Shown one piece after another: positions 1 to 6,991 of a DNA stretch of 64,000 bases (positions are counted from its first letter, which is position 1; each line of letters opens with the position of its first letter). Both the position numbers and the translations under genes were made by a program. Location: the IMG/VR virus record IMGVR_UViG_3300035698_011365, positions 9,674 to 73,673 of that record, one strand, 5' to 3'. The stretch is from a virus. Below the pieces are notes generated by a model, which saw only the letters and a program-made list of their open reading frames with translations, did no database searches and was not told the DNA's origin.

Positions 1-81
1 GAGGCATTATCTGGACTCTCTTACTGTTTAAATACTTAACAAAAAGAGAGCTTTAATCCGTCTAGGATTAAAACATTAACT

Positions 82-116
82 AAAAAATAGAGAGAGCTCA
101 CTTGAGCCCTCTCTAT
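82..116 (-). terminator. Rho-independent terminator after the gp2-like gene
   Basis: Minus strand ATAGAGAGGGCTC-aagt-GAGCTCTCTCTAT stem (one G-U) followed by a T run. Confidence 0.8.
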
Positions 117-142
117 GTAGTCGTAGTCGGTAGTGTTGAGGA

Positions 143-439
143 TTAGAATAAACCAGCTGTTGCTTCTTCTTTTTGATCATTCCATGTATATGAAATGTCA
201 AGTTCAACATCAGGATTCGCACGGATAAATTCAATGAATTTAACAATACGAGCTTGATGAGCAATAGCTTCAGATTTAGCAGTTGAAGGATCACGCAATT
301 CGTTAGCTAGTGGAATACCACCTAGACGCAATTTGTTAGCGCCTTTAGCTTTAACATCAATGTTGAACCAACCCTGCGTATCAGGAAGGGCTACTGCAGT
401 TACATTTGATTTCTTCGCGGCTTTATTTTGAACACTCAT
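143..439 (-). CDS. N4 gp2/Drc-like ssDNA-binding RNAP II cofactor
   Basis: GWFNID...LGGIPL resembles N4 gp2 FWLNIG...PTGIPL (recalled); ends in Phe; early region; AAGGA RBS. Confidence 0.65.
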   Translation of the reverse strand: MSVQNKAAKKSNVTAVALPDTQGWFNIDVKAKGANKLRLGGIPLANELRDPSTAKSEAIAHQARIVKFIEFIRANPDVELDISYTWNDQKEEATAGLF

Positions 440-493
440 AAGAGGTTCCTTTCTTCAGTTAAGATTAAAGTTATTTGACAAAATTGTCTTAGC

Positions 494-512
494 CTATGCG
501 CGGTGCGCATAG
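494..512 (-). promoter_or_regulatory. Putative virion RNAP hairpin promoter
   Basis: Template (+) strand CTATGCGC-GGT-GCGCATAG, 8-bp stem and 3-nt loop, ~55 nt upstream of ATG 439. Confidence 0.75.
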
Positions 513-577
513 CCAATCCTAACCACCCACACTACCGGTGAAGTATTAGTGCTGTCTTATGTGTTAAGAGGTGTGTT

Positions 578-606
578 AAAAATGAAGGGGAACCCGAAGG
601 TTCCCC
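578..606 (-). terminator. Rho-independent terminator with UUCG loop
   Basis: Minus strand GGGGAACC-TTCG-GGTTCCCC then TTCATTTTT. Confidence 0.85.
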
Positions 607-658
607 GAATGTGCTCTTTAGAGCTTACAATAATTTAAGCATGATCATTCTCCCCTTA

Positions 659-1054
659 TTATCCTGACACCATTATGATTTTGATATCAGATGCTTTGGC
701 TCTACGCACCATGTCTGCAGTGCCACGTCCACCGTCAAAGGCTACCAATACATTTGGGTTGCCTTCATCAATCATTCGCTGATTACGTTGGAAGCCTGCA
801 ATCACATTGTACCTGCCATAAGCACCATGTTTGATTACAGCACCCTCTACTTCAATGTTCTTCCAATCAGCAGGGTATTCTTCAATCTCAAGACCACGCT
901 CTTCAGCCCACTGATGACCGAGTATATCAGCACCAGATGCCATACCAGTAATGAGCGTAGTAATGAAATGAGTCTTCATTATTGAATCAAGGACAGCATA
1001 CAAGTTAGTTACGTTGTTGTATGTACGTCCACCAGTTATTAATAATTTAGTCAT
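659..1054 (-). CDS. YspA/SLOG-family protein (DUF2493-like)
   Basis: LLITGGR, GMASGAD, YPADW, AGFQRNQRM and GGRGTADMV motifs. Confidence 0.85.
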   Translation of the reverse strand: MTKLLITGGRTYNNVTNLYAVLDSIMKTHFITTLITGMASGADILGHQWAEERGLEIEEYPADWKNIEVEGAVIKHGAYGRYNVIAGFQRNQRMIDEGNPNVLVAFDGGRGTADMVRRAKASDIKIIMVSG

Positions 1055-1066
1055 GTCATTTCTCCT

Positions 1067-1174
1067 TTAAAATGGCCAGATGTTATACGCATCGCCAATG
1101 TTATAAATAATATACAAGTTCGTAACAGCTACAAATGCCACTGCTATCGAATAGATAAATGAAATCATTTTCAT
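1067..1174 (-). CDS. Small membrane protein (35 aa)
   Basis: Hand-translated MKMISFIYSIAVAFVAVTNLYII...; ATGA overlap with the upstream gene. Confidence 0.5.
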   Translation of the reverse strand: MKMISFIYSIAVAFVAVTNLYIIYNIGDAYNIWPF

Positions 1175-1731
1175 ATTTTAACTCCTTTAGATGTAAGTTT
1201 AGGTTTTAAATCACGATAACATTTGTGAATGATCTGACGAACACGTTCACGAGTTACGTTATGTTTTGCACCAATGTCTTCTAAGGTATAATTGTTATGG
1301 AGCATTTCAAGCATGTCTTGAGCTCTTTCAGGAAGAGTCTTAATAGCATCATCAATGATAGCAGATCTCTGATCATTTATCACTTTTTGTTCTAGATCAC
1401 TTTCACCGTTTTCAATGCTTACAAGCTCTTCTATGTTGACCTCCAGCTCTGCCATTTTCTTGTCTTTAGGTATAGTAAGCAGCCTTCTTGGAAATAGCTG
1501 TACAGGCATTACATTTAATGCTTCGCATATTGCTATTACTGATGGTTTGTAATCACCGTCAACCTTATAAGGAGAGGTCTTTAGAGCACATATTGCTCCA
1601 ACAGTTGTTGGGTTAACATTAGAAGCTCTAGCAAGGTCTGCTTGATTCATTCCTTTGCTTTTAAGAATACGCATAATATGTGCATTCTTGACTTTTATCT
1701 GTAATAGATAATCTTTTTCAGTATTACTCAT
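1171..1731 (-). CDS. XRE-type HTH fused to a sigma-70 region-4-like domain
   Basis: GMNQADLARASNVNPTTV at the N-terminus; TLEDIGAKHNVTRERVRQI at the C-terminus. Confidence 0.85.
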   Translation of the reverse strand: MSNTEKDYLLQIKVKNAHIMRILKSKGMNQADLARASNVNPTTVGAICALKTSPYKVDGDYKPSVIAICEALNVMPVQLFPRRLLTIPKDKKMAELEVNIEELVSIENGESDLEQKVINDQRSAIIDDAIKTLPERAQDMLEMLHNNYTLEDIGAKHNVTRERVRQIIHKCYRDLKPKLTSKGVKI

Positions 1732-1732
1732 A

Positions 1733-1858
1733 TCATTTGTCCCATAGTTTAGATGCTAAAGTAGCACCTGTTATTATTAAGCTGACTATCAAGACAGCGC
1801 CCATTCCTGTAGCCACTACAAATGTAATGACTGCAGGATCATTTATTAAATAGTCCAT
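1733..1858 (-). CDS. Small membrane protein (41 aa)
   Basis: MDYLINDPAVITFVVATGMGAVLIVSLII...; AGGAG RBS. Confidence 0.6.
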   Translation of the reverse strand: MDYLINDPAVITFVVATGMGAVLIVSLIITGATLASKLWDK

Positions 1859-1944
1859 AGTTAGTCTCCTGTTAATTAAGGTTAAGTTATTAGTTTACGT
1901 AATGTAGGCAGCATTATTACTGCCCACATATATATCTATTACTA

Positions 1945-2466
1945 TTACTCATAACCAATGCAGTACTGCATCTCATTATGAGTCATCTCAATACAACCAA
2001 AATCATGATCATCTTGAGCTCTTTTAGTTGGAGCAGTAAAACCCCATTTAGCACGAGGAACTCTATAACCCATGCCTTCACTCTTAGTATCAAGAGCAAT
2101 ACACGCAGCATAAGCCTCTTTATGATGCTCATACCAATCAGCATTAAAACTGACTTTACGAAGCTCACTTTTAGCAAAGTCCAAGATAGCAGTTCTTGTT
2201 TTACAAGCGCTCTTCCATACGACTTTATTAGTTACAAGACTCACAATTGAGTTCTTAGGAGTAACTAAATACAGCGTATAGTCATGACAAACCATTACAG
2301 CTTTATGACTAGTAGGAGTCACTTTACTGACTCTCACGCGCTTATTACTATTACTACCTTCTAAGGTAGGATTAATAATCTGCACGAGGTCTATCGTAGG
2401 CATGTCTACTACTAAATAAACAGCACCTAAATACTTAACGAATGAGCCTATAAGATTACCGGCCAT
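1945..2466 (-). CDS. Hypothetical early protein
   Basis: 173-aa ORF with GAGGAG RBS, downstream of a hairpin promoter. Confidence 0.75.
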   Translation of the reverse strand: MAGNLIGSFVKYLGAVYLVVDMPTIDLVQIINPTLEGSNSNKRVRVSKVTPTSHKAVMVCHDYTLYLVTPKNSIVSLVTNKVVWKSACKTRTAILDFAKSELRKVSFNADWYEHHKEAYAACIALDTKSEGMGYRVPRAKWGFTAPTKRAQDDHDFGCIEMTHNEMQYCIGYE

Positions 2467-2519
2467 GACACTTCTCCTCTATTGATATGTGCTAGGTTAA
2501 TCCCAACACTTCATGTCCT

Positions 2520-2534
2520 GTGCGCTGTGCGCAC
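2520..2534 (-). promoter_or_regulatory. Putative virion RNAP hairpin promoter
   Basis: GTGCGC-TGT-GCGCAC on the template strand, ~55 nt upstream of ATG 2466. Confidence 0.7.
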
Positions 2535-2685
2535 CTCACCTCTCAGGGAGCTCCATACAGGGCCCCTATGTGTGTACATGCTCATACTCTAGCGCCGCAG
2601 GCAGTATCACGCACTGTGCACCACTACAGGAGCTTCCTACAAGGTGCTATCTTACAGGTGTGTTAGGGTGTGTTAAGGTTGTGTT

Positions 2686-2721
2686 AAAAAATAAACCCCC
2701 TATATCTGTTAGGATATAGGG
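2686..2721 (-). terminator. Rho-independent terminator
   Basis: CCCTATATC/GATATAGGG stem followed on the minus strand by GGTTTATTTTTT. Confidence 0.8.
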
Positions 2722-2732
2722 AGCGTATGGTA

Positions 2733-2999
2733 TCAGTCTTTAGTGATCTCGGCTTGTGCCTCGATGTTGTCGTTGTCCATATCTTTAAGAAATGAATCAA
2801 CGGTCTTCTTACATCCAGTCTCATAGCCACGAGCTAAGTGATCAGTACCACCTACCACGTGCTTAGTGATAGATAGTAGTGATTGCGTGTCAGCAACGGT
2901 GAGGTTGATGGCAGCTGTACCAAGCAGGCCTAGACCAACACATGCAGCGTTGATAAGGGTGATTGGGCCAGTAATTGCAGGTAAAGTTGTAGTGGTCAT
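2733..2999 (-). CDS. Hypothetical protein, probable first early gene
   Basis: 88 aa, AAGGAG RBS, flanked by its own hairpin promoter and terminator. Confidence 0.75.
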   Translation of the reverse strand: MTTTTLPAITGPITLINAACVGLGLLGTAAINLTVADTQSLLSITKHVVGGTDHLARGYETGCKKTVDSFLKDMDNDNIEAQAEITKD

Positions 3000-3042
3000 A
3001 AGAGATCTCCTTTGTTAAATGACAGGCATGAAGCCCATACTG

Positions 3043-3057
3043 ATGCGTGGTACGCAT
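3043..3057 (-). promoter_or_regulatory. Putative virion RNAP hairpin promoter
   Basis: ATGCGT-GGT-ACGCAT on the template strand, ~45 nt upstream of ATG 2999. Confidence 0.7.
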
Positions 3058-3190
3058 GTGTGTGAATGAGTGATTCGAGTCGGGGGGGTTGTTTTGGGAT
3101 CCCCCTTCTCTACTACTGTTCTGAACTCGTCTGTATTTTATAAATTTATGAAAAAACCTGCTCTTAATAAAAAATAATATAATTTAAGTA

Positions 3191-3218
3191 TTGATCCAAT
3201 TTAAATAAGAGCTATAGT
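3191..3218 (+). promoter_or_regulatory. Sigma70-like promoter
   Basis: TTGATC-N16-TATAGT; same -35 as the promoter at 6001. Confidence 0.5.
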
Positions 3219-3277
3219 GATTAGGCTTTAATTAGTCATTTGAGCAATCCTATATTATGTTATGTTATGTGATTAAG

Positions 3278-3313
3278 ATCCCTCGGTAGTGTGATTCCTA
3301 CCGGGGGTTTTTT
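3278..3313 (+). terminator. Rho-independent terminator
   Basis: CCCTCGGTAG-loop-CTACCGGGGG-TTTTTT. Confidence 0.75.
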
Positions 3314-3564
3314 ATGTGTGTAAAATACATAGACTATCTTACCAATTAACTAGGGAGTTATAATTAGTATTTTAGGGCCTGTGTCGAATTACTAATGTGC
3401 TTTGCTCGCTTGCGCTCGCTGCACGTCGTAATTCTCCTCGGCCGGTAGTGTGAGGGGGAATAATGTATGTAGGTGCAGTGCAATTGAGGCGAGCGGAGCG
3501 GAGCCGATTGCAGTACGGGGTCACTTATATATATTATGAGCCCGGGAGCTGTGAAAATAATATT

Positions 3565-3768
3565 TTATAATATTATTGTTTTGGGAGTGGTTGGTGGGAG
3601 TTTGGCGGGGCCTTCATCGAAGATGGCGAAGTGGACTGTGATTCCTGTTTCATCTTGGTTTATTGTAACTCCGAAGGGCATGTCTTTAGTAATGGTCTCT
3701 ATTAGCTTACGGAGCTGAGTGGCATTCATCTGTGTTTGTGTTCTGGTTTGGTTTGGATTTATAGCCAT
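3565..3768 (-). CDS. Hypothetical protein (67 aa)
   Basis: ORF downstream of a near-consensus sigma70 promoter; weak RBS. Confidence 0.55.
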   Translation of the reverse strand: MAINPNQTRTQTQMNATQLRKLIETITKDMPFGVTINQDETGITVHFAIFDEGPAKLPPTTPKTIIL

Positions 3769-3881
3769 GGTAAGAGGTTCTTTTATAGTTATTGGTTTGA
3801 TGAAGCGCCCCCCGGATATATCCTTTGCGCTGAGGAATATACCGAAGGGGTTCCAGACATCTTATGGTGAGGTCAGGAGCC

Positions 3882-3911
3882 AGTATATAACAAATAATAT
3901 GGGTTTGTCAA
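3882..3911 (-). promoter_or_regulatory. Sigma70-like promoter
   Basis: Minus strand TTGACA-N18-TATACT. Confidence 0.6.
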
Positions 3912-4217
3912 AAGGGTTGGATTTAGGGGGAGATTTTAGTGGCCAGATTTTTGCTCTTAGTTGTCTTATATTACTTAGTCTTATATAGGGTATCATATAT
4001 GAGAGGCATACAGGGTGTCATATATGATAGGTCTCATAACCTCCCGCTGGTGATAGGTCACTTTGATTGAAGAAAGTTGAAATGAGGGGTTGATTTGTTG
4101 AAATAGTTGATGTAGAGTAGTGAAATAGTTAGGAAATCGAACTATCAGTGCAGTACAATAACAGAAAGTTATTGAATCTCGTTTAACAGAAAAGTTAATT
4201 AAAATAGGATTACTAAG

Positions 4218-4529
4218 ATGATTAGAAAATATAAGGCGATTATGCCGCCTGTAACAGCAGTGCAGTGGACAGGGGAAAATAAGAGAGAAGTGTATAGCTT
4301 TTTGGGTTCTGAAAAAATAGAGGGACAAGCCATTAAAAGTAAGAGTAAGTATTTTTATATTCAGTATGGTGATGTGACAGATAGCTTAATGCTAGTGAAC
4401 CAACATCCAAACAGTAATGATTCAAGAGTATCGGTAGGAAATATGATAGTGAAGATGGGTACCGGCCTATACGACCACTTCTCTAAAGATTACTTTGAAA
4501 CAATATATGAGGAAACATTAGATGACTGA
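4218..4529 (+). CDS. Conserved small phage protein (KY..P...AVQW.G.N / GD.I.K...F...YE family)
   Basis: Both terminal family motifs are recognisable; AGGA RBS. Confidence 0.75.
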   Translation: MIRKYKAIMPPVTAVQWTGENKREVYSFLGSEKIEGQAIKSKSKYFYIQYGDVTDSLMLVNQHPNSNDSRVSVGNMIVKMGTGLYDHFSKDYFETIYEETLDD

Positions 4530-4677
4530 ACATGAAGCCGTAAGTAGAATATATCAGCAGAAGGTTGATCATATTGAATCAGAGGGTGCAACACTCTCAA
4601 AAAGAAAAATCAAAATTGTGGTGGAGTTTCTAAACTCCCAAGGATTTGCGGATCTAGCAAAGGAGTTAGATACATAA
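4522..4677 (+). CDS. Hypothetical protein (51 aa)
   Basis: MTEHEAVSRIYQQKVDH...; GAGGA RBS; overlaps both neighbours. Confidence 0.6.
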   Translation: MTEHEAVSRIYQQKVDHIESEGATLSKRKIKIVVEFLNSQGFADLAKELDT

Positions 4678-4823
4678 TGCCTCTACTAGCAAAATATATG
4701 ATAATTGTATCAGCAGCACAAATGACCTATAAACTTTATACCATGGTTCGTAAAGATTATGAACAAAGGCAGCGAGTTAAACAATTCAAAGCAATAGAGG
4801 ATAACTACGATGGGTCAGAATAA
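4677..4823 (+). CDS. Hypothetical protein (48 aa)
   Basis: TAATG coupling; AAGGAG RBS. Confidence 0.6.
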   Translation: MPLLAKYMIIVSAAQMTYKLYTMVRKDYEQRQRVKQFKAIEDNYDGSE

Positions 4824-5079
4824 TTTCGACAGAACAGTGATATTACAGGAAGCGCGTACTTATTTAGGGACGATCGACAAGCATATTCTTGAAGGCTTTG
4901 ATAATTTATATGTGGCTTGGATGAATAGTAGAAGTGATGCGGGATATCACAGTATGATTAATTTAGCAGGGGCTTACGGCTATACCCATTATAACACATT
5001 AGGTGGTAAATATGATGTCAGCGACGATACAAATAAAAAGGATGGATACAGTGATCATACGCCACAATTTACCGACTAG
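4810..5079 (+). CDS. Hypothetical protein
   Basis: 89 aa, GAGGA RBS. Confidence 0.65.
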   Translation: MGQNNFDRTVILQEARTYLGTIDKHILEGFDNLYVAWMNSRSDAGYHSMINLAGAYGYTHYNTLGGKYDVSDDTNKKDGYSDHTPQFTD

Positions 5080-5392
5080 TAAATTCACTAAGCTTGATAG
5101 AAGAGTATTCGCCAATAAAGATATCAGTGACGGCGCTGTGAGATTGTATGGCTACTTGTGCGGATTAAGAAATGGTGCTAACTTCAGTGATACGTATATC
5201 AAGAAAGCACTTAACCTAAGTCAAGCAGTGCTATACCGGCGTAAGAAAGAACTTAAAAATTTGGATCTACTCCTAATTGACCAAGTAAGCCCAAGAGTTT
5301 ATATTGCTTATATTGGTTTCAGTAGTTTCGGAGCAACGCAGGTAAAGCATATGTGGAAGGATGAAGAGGATTTGCCTGATGAATGTCTTTGA
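5012..5392 (+). CDS. Winged-helix/HTH DNA-binding protein (HTH_36-like)
   Basis: FTKLDRRVFANKDISDGAVRLYGYL...LNLSQAVLYRRKKEL; exact start uncertain. Confidence 0.7.
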   Translation: MMSATIQIKRMDTVIIRHNLPTSKFTKLDRRVFANKDISDGAVRLYGYLCGLRNGANFSDTYIKKALNLSQAVLYRRKKELKNLDLLLIDQVSPRVYIAYIGFSSFGATQVKHMWKDEEDLPDECL

Positions 5393-5621
5393 TGAAGACT
5401 TCGATCCATATAAAACAGAATTAGAGCATACGAAGAGAGAGCTTCGTAGGCTAATAGATCCCCCAAAACCTACAACTACAAAGTATGTATTCAAGTTAAA
5501 AGAGTACCAAAGGAAGGTGTTACACGAAATGGATGAAGCATCCTTTTTCTCTGCAGGTCGTGGAGGTGGTAAGAGCAGACTAATGAATATGACTAGTCTA
5601 AAAACTAAATTAAAACCATAA
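5379..5621 (+). CDS. Small protein ending in YQ + Walker A motifs
   Basis: LKEYQ...SAGRGGGKS; GAGGA RBS before ATG 5379. Confidence 0.65.
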   Translation: MNVFDEDFDPYKTELEHTKRELRRLIDPPKPTTTKYVFKLKEYQRKVLHEMDEASFFSAGRGGGKSRLMNMTSLKTKLKP

Positions 5622-5630
5622 GGAACTAAG

Positions 5631-5939
5631 ATGACTAAAAAACTCACAGATGAAGAAAAGAAAATGAAGAAAGAAACTAAAGCCGAAGAGAAAGTGGTTT
5701 TAGGAAAGTATCAAGGCGATGATGGTAATGGTAATGACTTCTTAACTAAAGAGGATAGTGATGAGCATGTTGCTAGAGAAAAAACGAACAAAACGAAAAT
5801 AAAAACAAAAGCAGCAAAGCCTCGTAATTATGAATCTACGCCTAAATCAACACACGATATGAAGGTAGAGGCTACTCTTAAGGCCCGTGCCCTCAAGAAT
5901 GAACAGATTAAAATGTCTATGGGTAACGCAGCTAAATAA
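5631..5939 (+). CDS. Lysine-rich hypothetical protein
   Basis: 102 aa, AAGGA RBS, terminator downstream. Confidence 0.7.
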   Translation: MTKKLTDEEKKMKKETKAEEKVVLGKYQGDDGNGNDFLTKEDSDEHVAREKTNKTKIKTKAAKPRNYESTPKSTHDMKVEATLKARALKNEQIKMSMGNAAK

Positions 5940-5964
5940 TAAGATAACCATAATACCCCAATTT

Positions 5965-5997
5965 AAAAGCTCTTGTTTAATTACAGGGGCTTTTTTA
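5965..5997 (+). terminator. Rho-independent terminator
   Basis: AAAAGCTCTTGT-ttaatt-ACAGGGGCTTTTTT. Confidence 0.8.
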
Positions 5998-6000
5998 TTG

Positions 6001-6029
6001 TTGATCTCATGGGAAAACTAATCTATCCT
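6001..6029 (+). promoter_or_regulatory. Sigma70-like late promoter of the fibre cassette
   Basis: TTGATC-N17-TATCCT. Confidence 0.55.
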
Positions 6030-6061
6030 TTCGAATACACAAATAATTTCGAGGACTCGAT

Positions 6062-6457
6062 ATGGCCAATGGCGTTTTTACAGTAGCTAAAGAAGCATTT
6101 ATGAATGGTGATTTAGATATGAATACAAATACAATCAGAGCACGGTTGGTTAAGAGTACTTATACTCAAGATCTGGCTGATACTTCCATGACTCCAATCA
6201 CGAAGATTACGGGTACAACAGATCAGACACTAGGTTCCCCTACTATTGCTGATGGCGTGTTTGATGCAGCTGATCCAACATGGACAGCAGTAGCAGGTGG
6301 TGAAACAATTACAGCATGTGTTGTATTTAAGTTCGTGACAGATGACGCAGGATCAACCCCTATTGTATGGATTGAGCTTTCAGATACAGCCACCAACGGT
6401 TCTGATATTACAGTTAACATGGATTCAGGCGCTAATAAGATTTTCGCATTCACTTAA
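6062..6457 (+). CDS. Fibre-associated structural protein (mycobacteriophage gp80-like)
   Basis: KEAFMNGDLDMNTNTIRARLV...FDAADPTW...NGSDITV pattern. Confidence 0.6.
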   Translation: MANGVFTVAKEAFMNGDLDMNTNTIRARLVKSTYTQDLADTSMTPITKITGTTDQTLGSPTIADGVFDAADPTWTAVAGGETITACVVFKFVTDDAGSTPIVWIELSDTATNGSDITVNMDSGANKIFAFT

Positions 6458-6484
6458 TCTTCTCTAACGCATGGGAGAAGATGA

Positions 6485-6991
6485 ATGTGCAAAGTTCTTT
6501 TATTGAAACACAATAAAGATGTAGATAGAGAATCAGGTGATATCATTGCGGTGTTACCTGATACTCACCAATGGGGTATGCGTGAAAATAAAGAAGTATG
6601 GCTTAAAGCAGGAAAACCTGAGAAGGATTATCCTGATCATTTCCGTATTCTAGAATTTCCTGGATTATCAGAAGCAGACTTTAAAGCTAAAATGATAGCA
6701 GCAACTGGTGTGCCTCTTAAGAACAAGCACATGATTGATGTTACTAAATTAGATAAGAAATACAAAGATAAGGTTGATGCTGGTGAAGATGTAATCAGTA
6801 TCGCTGATCTTGATAATGATATACTTAAAAAAAGTAATATAGCTAAAATCAAAGCCTCTGGTGAAGAGAAGTCCAAGATAGAGCATCAAAAGACTAAAAG
6901 ATGGACTGACAAAGTGTCTGTCATTAAAGAAGTTAAAGGCTTCTCGGATGCTGAGATAGAAAAGACATATAAATATAAGAAACTAGTTTAA
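6485..6991 (+). CDS. Hypothetical protein in the fibre cassette (possible chaperone)
   Basis: Charged 168-aa ORF, GGGAG RBS, coupled to the next gene. Confidence 0.7.
   Translation: MCKVLLLKHNKDVDRESGDIIAVLPDTHQWGMRENKEVWLKAGKPEKDYPDHFRILEFPGLSEADFKAKMIAATGVPLKNKHMIDVTKLDKKYKDKVDAGEDVISIADLDNDILKKSNIAKIKASGEEKSKIEHQKTKRWTDKVSVIKEVKGFSDAEIEKTYKYKKLV

Larger units (their letters stand above)
3060..3560. other. Probable genome-end / terminal-repeat junction
   Basis: Non-coding, hairpin-rich interval where early (minus) and late (plus) blocks diverge, matching N4-like layout. Confidence 0.5.

Noticed and set aside
3993-4328. 111-aa minus-strand ORF
   Set aside because: Overlaps a better plus-strand gene and has no clear RBS
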